64,000 nt of DNA from NCBI GenBank assembly GCA_963677895.2, contig CAXXGJ010000006.1, positions 352,001 through 416,000 of the forward strand. The letters run 5' to 3'. Shown one piece after another: positions 38,092 to 47,462 of this stretch; the stretch's first letter is position 1; the number at the start of each line of letters is the position of its first letter. The translations under genes and the position numbers were made by a program. The notes beneath the pieces were generated by a model, which saw only the letters and a list, made by a program, of their open reading frames with translations, searched no databases and was not told the DNA's origin. Source of the DNA: Treponemataceae bacterium. GTDB lineage: Bacteria > Spirochaetota > Spirochaetia > Treponematales > Rectinemataceae.

Positions 38092-39122
38092 AGGAGGGGA
38101 ATGCCGGCGGCAAGGCAATCCTTGCGCATATCTTCGGGCCAGAGCCCTACCTGAATTTCGCCGATATGGGCTTTCCTTAGAACGTACATGCAGAGCCTCG
38201 ACTGGCCGATCCCGCCGCCGATGGACAGGGGCAGGCTGCCTTCGAGAAGGCGTCGGTGGAAATAGAGATTTTTTCTCGATTCCTGGCCGGTCAGGGCGAG
38301 CTGTCGTTCCAGGGCGGCGGGATCCACGCGGATGCCCATGGAGGATATCTCGAATGAGGCTCCAATGATGTCGTTCCATATGATGATGTCGCCGTTCAGG
38401 CCCTTGAAGCCGTCGGCCGTGGGCGTGCTCCAGTCGTCGTAGTCGGGGGCGCGCTTGTCGTGCGGCATTCCGTCGGCCAGGTTCCCTCCGATCCCGATGA
38501 GGAAGATGGCGCCGTACTCTTTCGCGAGGGCGTCCTCGCGCTGCTTGGGGCTCAGGCTCGGGTAGCGTGCGAGGGCTTCCTCGGCATGGATGAAGGTGAT
38601 CTCGTCGGGCAGATCTATGGGGAGGGCCGGGTAGAGGTCGTGCATGCGGAATTCCAGGCGCTTTATGGCCGAGTAGATCCGCTTGACGGTGGCCTTGAGG
38701 AAGCCCAGCTTGCGTTCGGAGTCGTCGATGACGCGTTCCCAGTCCCATTGGTCGACATAGAGCGAGTGGATGGGATCCAGATCCTCGTCGGCGCGGATGG
38801 CGTTCATGTCCGTATAGATTCCGAAGCCTTTCTTGAAGCCATATTCGGCAAGCGCGAGGCGTTTCCATTTGGCGAGGGAGTGGACGATTTCGGCTCTCGC
38901 GTCTCCCATGGCCTTGACGGGGAAGGCGACGGCCCGTTCCGTCCCGTTCAGGTCGTCGTTTATTCCCAGACCCGCGAGCACGAAAAGGGGAGCGGTCACC
39001 CGGGTGAGCTTGAGTTCGGTGGCGAGGCTGAGCTGGAAAAAATCCTTTATCTCCATGATGGCGCGTTCGGTTTCCCTGACGCCGAGGAGAGGTTTATACC
39101 CCGCGGGATAGCTGTAGCGCAT
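38088..39122 (-). CDS. asnA: Aspartate--ammonia ligase
   Basis: INDDLNG, EIVHSLAKWKR, HSLYVDQWDWE, RAPDYDDW, SIGGGIGQSRL. Confidence 0.96.
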   Translation of the reverse strand: MRYSYPAGYKPLLGVRETERAIMEIKDFFQLSLATELKLTRVTAPLFVLAGLGINDDLNGTERAVAFPVKAMGDARAEIVHSLAKWKRLALAEYGFKKGFGIYTDMNAIRADEDLDPIHSLYVDQWDWERVIDDSERKLGFLKATVKRIYSAIKRLEFRMHDLYPALPIDLPDEITFIHAEEALARYPSLSPKQREDALAKEYGAIFLIGIGGNLADGMPHDKRAPDYDDWSTPTADGFKGLNGDIIIWNDIIGASFEISSMGIRVDPAALERQLALTGQESRKNLYFHRRLLEGSLPLSIGGGIGQSRLCMYVLRKAHIGEIQVGLWPEDMRKDCLAAGIPLL

Positions 39123-39262
39123 GTATCCTCCTGAAAGGAATATAGTCGGGGAAAAGGCCGTACATGTCAATGAAGGCGTTCGATGGTATATATAGGAAAG
39201 CCGTGGTACAATGGCGCAAATAGCATCTACCTTAATTTTCCCTTCGAGAGGCTGGATACATC

Positions 39263-41194
39263 ATGACCGAATCCAAGATCGTGGCGATATTGCCCAATAG
39301 CATCATTGTCGAAAAACTGCGCCAGGTGCAGCTGCGGTCGGGTTTCGACTTTCCCGTCTACCAGAAACAGGTGGGCGACGCGCTGGAACTGGCCAGGAAG
39401 TGCATCGACGAGGGCGCCAAGGTGATCATAAGCAGGGGGCTCACCGCGACCTACCTGCGCAATTATCTGGACATTCCCGTCGTCGAGGTGGAATACGATT
39501 TCTTCCAGTTCGCCTACGCCCTGCGGAGCGCCCTCGAGTTTTCCGATAATGTGGCGATCGTCGGTTTCATCGATGCGTACAGGCTGGCCGAGCGCGCCAT
39601 CGAGTTCGTCGCTAAAAAAGGCGAGCAGGTGCGAGTCAGCATCCTTTCGGATGCCGCCTATGTGGAGCAGAAGGTCAGGCAGCTGGGCGAGAGCGGTGTC
39701 GGGGTTTTCATCGGCGGGAACACGGTGGTTCTGAACGCTTTCAAGCAGGGGTACCAGGGCGTCTATGTCGAGCCCGACGACAAGGTGCTCGAGGCTGCCG
39801 TGGCGAAGGCGGTATACGAGCTCCGCATTTATCTTGACAGGGAAGAAAAGTACGAAATGATCCAGGCCATCCTCAATTGCGCCTCGAACGGCATTTTCGC
39901 CGTGGACAGCCAGGGCGCCATTTCCGTGGCCAATCCCCTCGCGCGCAAGTATTTGCAGATTACCGGCGCCGATGGTTCCGGCAAGTCCATAAAAGAGCTT
40001 CTGCCTCAGTCGAAACTGCTCAGCACGATCGCGACCGGCCAGCCCGCCGCCGACGATTTCATCAGCATCGGGAATGTGGAGCTTGTTATGAACTCGGCCC
40101 CGGTGATCGTGGACGGGGAGATCATGGGAGCGGTGGCGACGGTCCAGGAAGTGGGGCAAATCCAGGACCTGGACCGCAAGATCAGAAAAAAGATGCTTCA
40201 TAAGGGTCATACCGCCCAGAAAACCTTCGCCGACATTATCGGATCGAGCGCGGTGATGAGGGAATGCAAGAAGGTGGCGCAGAATTTCGCCAGGGTGGAC
40301 AGCACGATTCTGATTCTCGGGAAAACGGGCACGGGCAAGGAAGTTTTCGCGCAGAGCATACACAACGCGAGCAGGAGGGCAGCCAATCCTTTCGTGGCGG
40401 TGAACTGCGCCGCCTTGCCTTCCAGCCTGCTCGAGAGCGAGCTTTTTGGCTATACGAAGGGTGCCTTCACCGGCGCGCGCAACGAGGGGAAGGCGGGCAT
40501 TTTCGAACTGGCCCATACGGGTACGATTTTCCTGGACGAGATCAGCGAGATTCCGCCGGATGTGCAGGCCCGCCTTCTCCGCGTCGTTCAGGAAAAGGAG
40601 ATTACCCGCATCGGCGACGACAAGGTCATTCCCGTGGACCTGCGCATTCTGGCCGCCACCAACCGCGATCTTTTGAAAGAGGTCAGGGAAAACCGGTTCA
40701 GGGAGGATCTTTATTATCGATTGAGCGTCCTGGAACTTCATCTTCCCGAGCTGTCGGAGCGGCGGGAGGATATTCCGGATCTCGTGCGGCATTTCGTGAA
40801 GACTATCTGCGCCAACGCATCGCTGCCGCCCGTCCGCGTGACCGAGGATGCCCTGGCGACCCTCCAGAACATGACGATGAACGGCAATGTCAGACAGCTC
40901 TGCAATATCGTCGAAAAGGCTCTCGTCATCTCGAATTTCGGGACTTTTAACGGCGAATGTCTGGCCAAGACGGTGCGCGTCCATGAGAGCGGCGGCGAGG
41001 CCGCACGGGCCGCCGCAACGACGCGGACCGCCGCTTCGGCGCCGATGGGCAGCACTATCGTGGCCATGGAGCGCGACATGATCGTCCAGGCGCTGGAAGA
41101 CTGCGGCGGAAACAGGGTGGCCGCGGCCAAGCGGCTCGGTATCAGCTCGACGACGCTCTGGAGAAGGCTGAAGGAGATGGGACTCTGCCCTTGA
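39263..41194 (+). CDS. sigma54-dependent activator, PrpR_N-PAS-AAA-Fis
   Basis: IISRG PrpR-type N-domain, GKTGTGKE, GAFTGA, C-terminal LGISSTTLWRRL. Confidence 0.92.
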   Translation: MTESKIVAILPNSIIVEKLRQVQLRSGFDFPVYQKQVGDALELARKCIDEGAKVIISRGLTATYLRNYLDIPVVEVEYDFFQFAYALRSALEFSDNVAIVGFIDAYRLAERAIEFVAKKGEQVRVSILSDAAYVEQKVRQLGESGVGVFIGGNTVVLNAFKQGYQGVYVEPDDKVLEAAVAKAVYELRIYLDREEKYEMIQAILNCASNGIFAVDSQGAISVANPLARKYLQITGADGSGKSIKELLPQSKLLSTIATGQPAADDFISIGNVELVMNSAPVIVDGEIMGAVATVQEVGQIQDLDRKIRKKMLHKGHTAQKTFADIIGSSAVMRECKKVAQNFARVDSTILILGKTGTGKEVFAQSIHNASRRAANPFVAVNCAALPSSLLESELFGYTKGAFTGARNEGKAGIFELAHTGTIFLDEISEIPPDVQARLLRVVQEKEITRIGDDKVIPVDLRILAATNRDLLKEVRENRFREDLYYRLSVLELHLPELSERREDIPDLVRHFVKTICANASLPPVRVTEDALATLQNMTMNGNVRQLCNIVEKALVISNFGTFNGECLAKTVRVHESGGEAARAAATTRTAASAPMGSTIVAMERDMIVQALEDCGGNRVAAAKRLGISSTTLWRRLKEMGLCP

Positions 41195-41199
41195 TGAGG

Positions 41200-41250
41200 A
41201 ATATTTCAATTTGAAATATTCAATATGAAATAGTGATTTCATATTGAAAT
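41200..41250. promoter_or_regulatory. Three TTCA-N3-TGAAA boxes, putative upstream activating sequences
   Basis: AATATTTCAATTTGAAATATT (a perfect inverted repeat), TTCAATATGAAA and ATTTCATATTGAAAT, about 110-160 nt upstream of the -24. Confidence 0.7.
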
Positions 41251-41357
41251 GTAGCGATTAATAAATTCTAAAATTATCGATAACCATTCGTGATTTTAAA
41301 TATATTCGGGACATATAATTATCGGTTGAAAAATTTGACATTAAATATTGCCAGGTT

Positions 41358-41374
41358 TTGGCACGTATCCTGCT
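41358..41374 (+). promoter_or_regulatory. sigma54 (-24/-12) promoter
   Basis: TTGGCACGTATCCTGCT, with GG-N10-GC spacing. Confidence 0.82.
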
Positions 41375-41407
41375 AATACTATCATATATGATACTCAAGG
41401 ATTTTTT

Positions 41408-42391
41408 ATGCCGAAAACCCTGACCCTCGCGGGGCCATACCCCGAAGAGGTGTTCGGGCTTCTGAGAAAGGAACTCCCTGAATCGCTGAACATCAGGGTT
41501 GTGAAGGACCAGGCCTCTCTCGACAGTCTCAACGATATGGAATTCGTGATCCTGAGGACGCTCAGGATGGATGGCGCCCTGATCGAGGCCAATCCCTCGC
41601 TCAGGCTGATTCAACGCTGGGGCGCCGGCTTCGACACGGTGGACATAGAGACGGCTGGCAGGCGAAACGTGCCCGTGGCGGTGGCCTCCGGCGTGAATTC
41701 CAACGCCGTCGCCGAACACGCTCTTCTCCTCATGCTGGCTTCCTATCGCCATCTGACGGCGCTGGACGCCTCCACGAAGAAGGGCGGCTGGGACAGGACA
41801 ACCTTTGCCTCCCAGTCATTTATGGTCAGCGACAAACTGGTCGGTCTTCTCGGCTGCGGGGCGATTGGCAAGTTGGTGGCCCAGAAGGCAGCCGCTCTTG
41901 GCGCTTATGTCCAGTACTACGACGCTTTCCGTCTGCCCGCCGAGGAGGAAAAACGCCTTCATCTTAGTTATGTCGATTTCGGTACCCTCCTGGAGACGAG
42001 CGATATCCTGAGCCTCCATCTCCCACTCATTGAGAGCACGAAGCTCATCATCGGGGAGAAGGAACTGGGCAGGATGAAGAAGGGCGCGGTACTGATCAAC
42101 ACCTCGCGCGGCGGTCTCATCGACGAGGCCAGGCTCGCGGCGGCACTGGAGGATGGAAGGCTCATGGCCGCGGCTCTGGATAGCTTCTCGGAGGAGCCTT
42201 ATCCCGCCGACGGCCCGCTCCTCGGCGTCGATAACCTGATCATGACGCCTCACATCGGAGGAACGGTCGTGGACCTCACCCTCCCGATGGTAAGAAAGGT
42301 GGCCGAGAATGTCATGCGCGTCCACGAGGGGCAGCCATTGCCCAAACGGGACCTGGTCAACGCCGCTTGGTGCGGCTACCCCGTCGCCTGA
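41408..42391 (+). CDS. D-isomer-specific 2-hydroxyacid dehydrogenase
   Basis: GAGFDTVD, AVAEH, GCGAIG, INTSRGG, TPHIGG. Confidence 0.9.
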   Translation: MPKTLTLAGPYPEEVFGLLRKELPESLNIRVVKDQASLDSLNDMEFVILRTLRMDGALIEANPSLRLIQRWGAGFDTVDIETAGRRNVPVAVASGVNSNAVAEHALLLMLASYRHLTALDASTKKGGWDRTTFASQSFMVSDKLVGLLGCGAIGKLVAQKAAALGAYVQYYDAFRLPAEEEKRLHLSYVDFGTLLETSDILSLHLPLIESTKLIIGEKELGRMKKGAVLINTSRGGLIDEARLAAALEDGRLMAAALDSFSEEPYPADGPLLGVDNLIMTPHIGGTVVDLTLPMVRKVAENVMRVHEGQPLPKRDLVNAAWCGYPVA

Positions 42392-42407
42392 AGCAAGGAT
42401 ACATAAA

Positions 42408-43559
42408 ATGAAAAGAGATTATTTATCGTTCGCCTGTTCCATCATTCGGGGAGGCACGAGCAAGGGCCTCTTCCTGAAGGGAAACGAACTGCCCGAGGCG
42501 GGCGAGCTGCGCGACAAGATTATCCTGAGGCTTCTCGGCAGCCCTGACCTGCGCCAGATCGACGGCCTGGGCGGCGCCAACTCCCTCACCAGCAAGGTGT
42601 GCGTCATCGGCCCCTGCGAGAGGGAAGACGCCGACGTGAACTATACCTTCGGCCAGGTTTCGGTGGACAAGGCCAAGATAGACTGGCAGGGCAACTGCGG
42701 AAACCTGACCTCGGCCGTGGGCGTCTTCGCCGTAAACCAGAATTATGTCATTCCCCGGGAACCGGAAACCACGGTCCGCATTTTCAACACGAACACGTCC
42801 AAGATCATTCATGTCAAGGTTCCGGTGCAGACGGGCAGGGCGCGGTGTACGGGCGGCTATTCGATTCATGGCGTCCCGGGAACTGGCCCCAAGCTTGAAG
42901 TGGAATTTTTCGACCCGGCGGGCGGCGTGACGGGCAAGCTGCTTCCCACGGGGAAAGCTCAAGACATCATCGATCTCGGCGAAAAGGGCAAGTTCACGAT
43001 CTCCGTCGTGGACGCCGTCACGCCTGTCGTTTACCTGCGGGCCGCCGAGCTGGGCCTCAAGGGCACGGAGCTCCCCACCGAAGTGGAGGCCATGCCGCGC
43101 GTTCTCGCCCTCATGGAGGAGCTGCGCTCGGTGGCGGCCGAAATGTCCGGCATCGTGAAGAAAAGCGAGGAAGCCACCGATAAAAGTCCAGCCTTTCCCA
43201 AGGTGGGTTTCGTGAGTCCCCCCTGCGACTACCTCAACCCCGAGGGCAAACTGGTCAAGGCCGAGGATATCGATATCGTAGCCAGGCTGGGATCGATGCA
43301 GAAAATGCACAGGGCGTATATGATCGGCGGGGCGGTGAGCACCGGCGCCGCGGCCCAGATACCGGGCACGGTGGTCTGGGAGGCGTTGAGCGATCGCGCC
43401 AGGAAGGACGGACGGAGCCTGATCATCGGCCATCCCTATGGGCCGATGGAAGTGGGCATCGAGAGCGGAGGAGGCGAGATCCGCAAAGTGACCGTTTTCC
43501 GCACCGCGAGAGTGTTGATGGATGGTATCGCCTATATACCCGAAGGGACGTTGGCCTAA
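42408..43559 (+). CDS. PrpF/LigU/Mii family isomerase
   Basis: IRGGTSKG, QIDGLGG..LTSKV, GNCGNL, LLPTG, IGHPYG, RTARVLMDG. Confidence 0.9.
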   Translation: MKRDYLSFACSIIRGGTSKGLFLKGNELPEAGELRDKIILRLLGSPDLRQIDGLGGANSLTSKVCVIGPCEREDADVNYTFGQVSVDKAKIDWQGNCGNLTSAVGVFAVNQNYVIPREPETTVRIFNTNTSKIIHVKVPVQTGRARCTGGYSIHGVPGTGPKLEVEFFDPAGGVTGKLLPTGKAQDIIDLGEKGKFTISVVDAVTPVVYLRAAELGLKGTELPTEVEAMPRVLALMEELRSVAAEMSGIVKKSEEATDKSPAFPKVGFVSPPCDYLNPEGKLVKAEDIDIVARLGSMQKMHRAYMIGGAVSTGAAAQIPGTVVWEALSDRARKDGRSLIIGHPYGPMEVGIESGGGEIRKVTVFRTARVLMDGIAYIPEGTLA

Positions 43560-43600
43560 GCCCCGGTTTTTTGAACTTTATTGCGCGAAAGGAGAGCTGA

Positions 43601-44095
43601 ATGGAAAAAAAATATGGAGATCTGCGGTCCGGGTTTGTCTTGCTGGTTCTATGCTTGATAGCCTATTTCTGGCTTATTCCGACACAGATAAAAGTGAAGG
43701 AAGACGTGGCTATCGGCCCTGACTTCTTTCCTCGCCTGATGGTGATCTGCTGCGGACTCTGCGCGGCGGGAGTATTTCTTCAGGGTCTGCTCGGGCTGAA
43801 AAAAGAAGGGAAGCTGAAGGTGTCGACATTCAGGAATTCTCCCTACAAGGTGAACTTCAAGGCCTATCTTCCGCACGGACTCTTTCTCCTCTCCGCCCTC
43901 GCCTATCTCCTCGCGATGCCGTTCGCGGGATTCGTGTTCAGCAGCATACTCTTTCTCACCTTCCTCTTCTGGTTTTTCGGGCATTCCAAAATCGCGTGGA
44001 ATGCTTTGGTATCCGTCATATACGTGGGGGCGATCTTCCTGATCTTCACCTACGCATTCAAGATCAGCTTTCCCAAAGGTCCCTTAGGATTCTGA
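43601..44095 (+). CDS. tctB: TTT small subunit TctB
   Basis: GPDFFPR motif, hydrophobic helices, FPKG C-terminus. Confidence 0.82.
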   Translation: MEKKYGDLRSGFVLLVLCLIAYFWLIPTQIKVKEDVAIGPDFFPRLMVICCGLCAAGVFLQGLLGLKKEGKLKVSTFRNSPYKVNFKAYLPHGLFLLSALAYLLAMPFAGFVFSSILFLTFLFWFFGHSKIAWNALVSVIYVGAIFLIFTYAFKISFPKGPLGF

Positions 44096-44113
44096 AAAAC
44101 CGGAGATATCATC

Positions 44114-45640
44114 GTGAACTTACTACTTGAAACAGCAATTCAATTCGTTTCCATACAAGTGATCCTGGGAATCGTCGTGGGTGTCATAATGGGCATCATT
44201 GGCGGGGCGCTGCCCGGCATCAGCCCGAGCATGACGATTGCCCTCCTCCTGCCGGTGAGTCTCTACCTGCCGACGCCGGTCGCTATCAGCCTTCTGATGG
44301 GCGCGTATCAGGGTGCCATGTTCGGCGGCTCCATCACGGCCATCCTGATCAATACGCCGGGAACGGCGAGCGCGGCGGCGACGACCATCGACGGTTACCA
44401 GATGGCGCTCAAGGGTCAGTCCGGCAAGGCGCTCAAGATGGCGCTCTACGCCTCCTGCACCGGCGGCATCATCGGGACGATCATCCTTCTCGCGATGGCG
44501 AAACCCTTGTCGACGGTCGCCCTCAAGTTCGGGCCGCCTGAATACTTCGGACTGATGCTCCTCTCCTTGGCCCTGATAGCGGGTATCTCGGGCAAATCCC
44601 TCCTGAAAGGGCTCGCCTCGGCCTGTATCGGGCTTCTTCTCGCGATGGTCGGCATGGACCCGATCTACGGTACCCGGCGCTTCACCTTCAAGAACATCAA
44701 CCTAGCCGATGGAATACAGACCCTCTCGATATTCATCGGGGTTTTCGCCCTGTCGGAGATCCTCAACCAGCTCTCGCAGGGGCGCAAGGCTCTCTATAAG
44801 AAAGCCGATCCCCTCGCCATCGTCGACAACCAGCTGTCCTTCAAGGAATATTGGGGTCAGCGGGGGAACATGCTCAAATCAAGCGTCATAGGCGCATTGA
44901 TCGGGGTTCTCCCGGGCATCGGCGGAAGCACCGCGTGTTTTGTGGCCTACGCCGAGGCGCAACGGCAGTCGAAGCATCCGGAGAAATTCGGAACGGGCAT
45001 CCTGGACGGAATCGCCGCCCCCGAGTCGGCCAACAACGCCGTCTGCGGCGGGGCGCTCGTGCCCTTACTCACGCTGGGAATTCCGGGCGACGTCGTCACG
45101 GCCATCCTGGTCGGAGCCCTCATCACGCACGGGATCAAGCCGGGCCCTCTGCTATTCATAGAAGACATGGGCAGCGTGTATACGATATATATCGCGCTCC
45201 TTCTGTCGGTCATCGTCCTCTTCTTCGTCGGCAGGCTCGGCAACCCGATGTTCGCCAAGATCGTCAAGCTGCGCAAGGCGACCCTGCTGCCCATGATTTT
45301 CGTTATTTGCGTCGTGGGTGCCTATTCCAACCGCGGGAACGTCTTCGACGTGATCATGATGCTTTTGTTCGGAATCATGGGCTTCGTCATGAACAAGAAC
45401 AAGTTTCCCGTTCCGCCTCTCGTCATCGCCTTCGTCATCGGCAGCCAGCTCGAGACAAGCCTCAGGCAGAGTCTCATCCTCTCCGACAACAGCATCGCCA
45501 TATTTTTCACGAGGCCGATCTCGCTTGCCCTGATGGTCATATCGATCGTGTTCTGCGCTTTTATGGTCCGCCGCAACAAGAAAGCCGCGGACAAGGTCTC
45601 CATCGTCATCAACGACGCGGGGGAAGAGGAAGAAGAATAA
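44114..45640 (+). CDS. tctA: TTT large subunit TctA
   Basis: GALPGI, INTPGT, APESANNA, LTLGIPG. Confidence 0.93.
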   Translation: MNLLLETAIQFVSIQVILGIVVGVIMGIIGGALPGISPSMTIALLLPVSLYLPTPVAISLLMGAYQGAMFGGSITAILINTPGTASAAATTIDGYQMALKGQSGKALKMALYASCTGGIIGTIILLAMAKPLSTVALKFGPPEYFGLMLLSLALIAGISGKSLLKGLASACIGLLLAMVGMDPIYGTRRFTFKNINLADGIQTLSIFIGVFALSEILNQLSQGRKALYKKADPLAIVDNQLSFKEYWGQRGNMLKSSVIGALIGVLPGIGGSTACFVAYAEAQRQSKHPEKFGTGILDGIAAPESANNAVCGGALVPLLTLGIPGDVVTAILVGALITHGIKPGPLLFIEDMGSVYTIYIALLLSVIVLFFVGRLGNPMFAKIVKLRKATLLPMIFVICVVGAYSNRGNVFDVIMMLLFGIMGFVMNKNKFPVPPLVIAFVIGSQLETSLRQSLILSDNSIAIFFTRPISLALMVISIVFCAFMVRRNKKAADKVSIVINDAGEEEEE

Positions 45641-45713
45641 TCGCTGGTTTCATTTCGAACCGCCGATGGCTTTGGCCGTCGGCGGAATGATTCGCTATAA
45701 AGGAGACAATCGA

Positions 45714-46676
45714 ATGACAAAGAGAAATCTGGCGACATGCCTGGTTCTGCTCATGGCCTTGCCCGCGATGGTTTTCGCGGCGCCCGGCTACCCCGCCAAG
45801 TCGGTGGAAGTGATCGTCGGCTTCGCCGCCGGCGGTGGTACCCACCTCGCCGCCGAACTCTTGAGCCCCGAAGCCACGAAATTCCTCGGACAGCCCATCC
45901 AGATAACCTGCAAGGCCGGCGCCGGCGGCGCCATCGGCGCGACCGCCGTGGCGACCGCGAAAGCCGACGGCTATACGCTGCTGTACGCCACGATGTCCCT
46001 CCCCATCTCGCTCTACATGGACTCCGTCGACTTCACCGAAAACGATTTCGTGGGCATAGCGATGGCGAGCAACGTAGCTCCCTTGCTCGCGGTTCGCGCC
46101 GACGCTCCCTACAGCAACGCCAAGGAAATGAAGGCCTGGATTCTCGCCAACCCCGGCAAGTTCTCCTGGTCGCATCCCGGCGTGGGATCCACGCTCCATG
46201 TCCTCGGCGCGAACATGCTGTACGCCATGAACGTGACGAAACAGGTCAAGGAAGTGCCGTTCAAGGGAACCAACGAGGGCATCAGCGCCGTGCTCGGCGG
46301 CCATGTCACCGCGGTCTCTTCTTTCCCGGCCACCGTCCTCGAGCAGGTCAGGGCGGGAAAAATGAAGATTATCGGCGTTTCGAGCCCGGCGCGCGTTCCC
46401 GAGCTCCCCAACGCCCCGACCTTCCTGGAACAGGGATTCAACGCGACACTCACTTCGACGCGCGGCGTATTCGCCCCGGCGAAGACCCCCAAGGACGTGC
46501 TCGCTTACCTCGACACAGCCTTCGGAAAAATCATCCAGAGTCCCGACTTCGAGAAGCGCGCCATCACCCTCGGCGAACCGGCCGTCTACGCCAACGCCGC
46601 CGAGTTCGACAAGATGTATCGTGAGCAGTGCGTCATGATCAAAGCTCTCCTGAAAGAGATCGGACTAACCAAGTAA
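45714..46676 (+). CDS. tctC: TTT substrate-binding protein TctC
   Basis: Signal peptide, YPAKSVEVIVGFAAGGGT, ADGYTL. Confidence 0.9.
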   Translation: MTKRNLATCLVLLMALPAMVFAAPGYPAKSVEVIVGFAAGGGTHLAAELLSPEATKFLGQPIQITCKAGAGGAIGATAVATAKADGYTLLYATMSLPISLYMDSVDFTENDFVGIAMASNVAPLLAVRADAPYSNAKEMKAWILANPGKFSWSHPGVGSTLHVLGANMLYAMNVTKQVKEVPFKGTNEGISAVLGGHVTAVSSFPATVLEQVRAGKMKIIGVSSPARVPELPNAPTFLEQGFNATLTSTRGVFAPAKTPKDVLAYLDTAFGKIIQSPDFEKRAITLGEPAVYANAAEFDKMYREQCVMIKALLKEIGLTK

Positions 46677-46687
46677 GATCGTTCGCG

Positions 46688-46718
46688 GAGCCCCGCCTTT
46701 CATGACGGGGCTCATTTT
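46688..46718 (+). terminator. Hairpin after tctC (possible attenuator)
   Basis: GAGCCCCG...CGGGGCTC followed by ATTTT. Confidence 0.5.
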
Positions 46719-46758
46719 AATCCAAGAAAATCCAACATTCAGCCACAAGGAGATATCA

Positions 46759-47433
46759 ATGCCCAACGTCGGTTTTCGCGTATTCACCGCCATCCAGAGG
46801 CCGGACAAAGCACTCGTCGAAAAGTTCCGCGATGTTCCCGTCGCGAACATTTGCGACAACATGGGAAGAATCTACTCGGTAGACGCTTCCATAAAGCCTT
46901 ATAACAACGCACGGCTCCTCGGAACGGCCCTGACCGTCAAGGCGCCGCTCGGCGATAACCTGATGTTCCACAAGGCCATGGAGATGGCCCAGCCCGGCGA
47001 CATCATCGTCGTCGACGGCGAAGGCTGCATGGACCACTCCCTCTGCGGCGAGATCATGATGCGCACCGCCATGAAACGCGGAATCGCCGGCTTCCTCGTC
47101 AATGGCTGCATCAGGGATGTGGAAGCCCTGCGCGACATGGACTTCGCCGTCTACGCCAAAGGCGTCCAGCCTAAAGGCCCCTACAAGAATGGCCCAGGCG
47201 AGATCAACGTGCCCGTCTGCATCGGCGGCCAGGCTGTCCTTCCGGGCGACATCATCGTCGGCGACGCCGACGGTGTCGTGATCATCCGCCCCGCGGACGC
47301 GGAGGATGTCTACGTCAAGGCCGCCAAGCACCACAGCATGGAAGCCGAAAAATTCAGGAAGATCGAGGAAGGCACGCTGGACAAGTCCTGGATCGCCGAG
47401 ACGCTGACCAAGAAGGGCTGCGAGATCATCTGA
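46759..47433 (+). CDS. RraA / HMG-CHA aldolase family protein
   Basis: VANICDNM, GDNL, GEIM, GCIRD, PGDIIVGDADGVV. Confidence 0.88.
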   Translation: MPNVGFRVFTAIQRPDKALVEKFRDVPVANICDNMGRIYSVDASIKPYNNARLLGTALTVKAPLGDNLMFHKAMEMAQPGDIIVVDGEGCMDHSLCGEIMMRTAMKRGIAGFLVNGCIRDVEALRDMDFAVYAKGVQPKGPYKNGPGEINVPVCIGGQAVLPGDIIVGDADGVVIIRPADAEDVYVKAAKHHSMEAEKFRKIEEGTLDKSWIAETLTKKGCEII

Positions 47434-47462
47434 AACCGTGAGGGTAGGGAGCGACGAGGCAC

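Noticed and set aside
38092..38868. N-terminal 259 aa of the 730-aa ORF overlapping asnA on the same strand
   Set aside because: It is Arg/Pro-rich off-frame translation of asnA. The acyltransferase-like sequence begins only after the GTGA overlap.
39227..41242. 671-aa antisense ORF over the sigma54 activator
   Set aside because: It mirrors the real gene, has no motifs, and is a typical shadow ORF of GC-rich codon bias.
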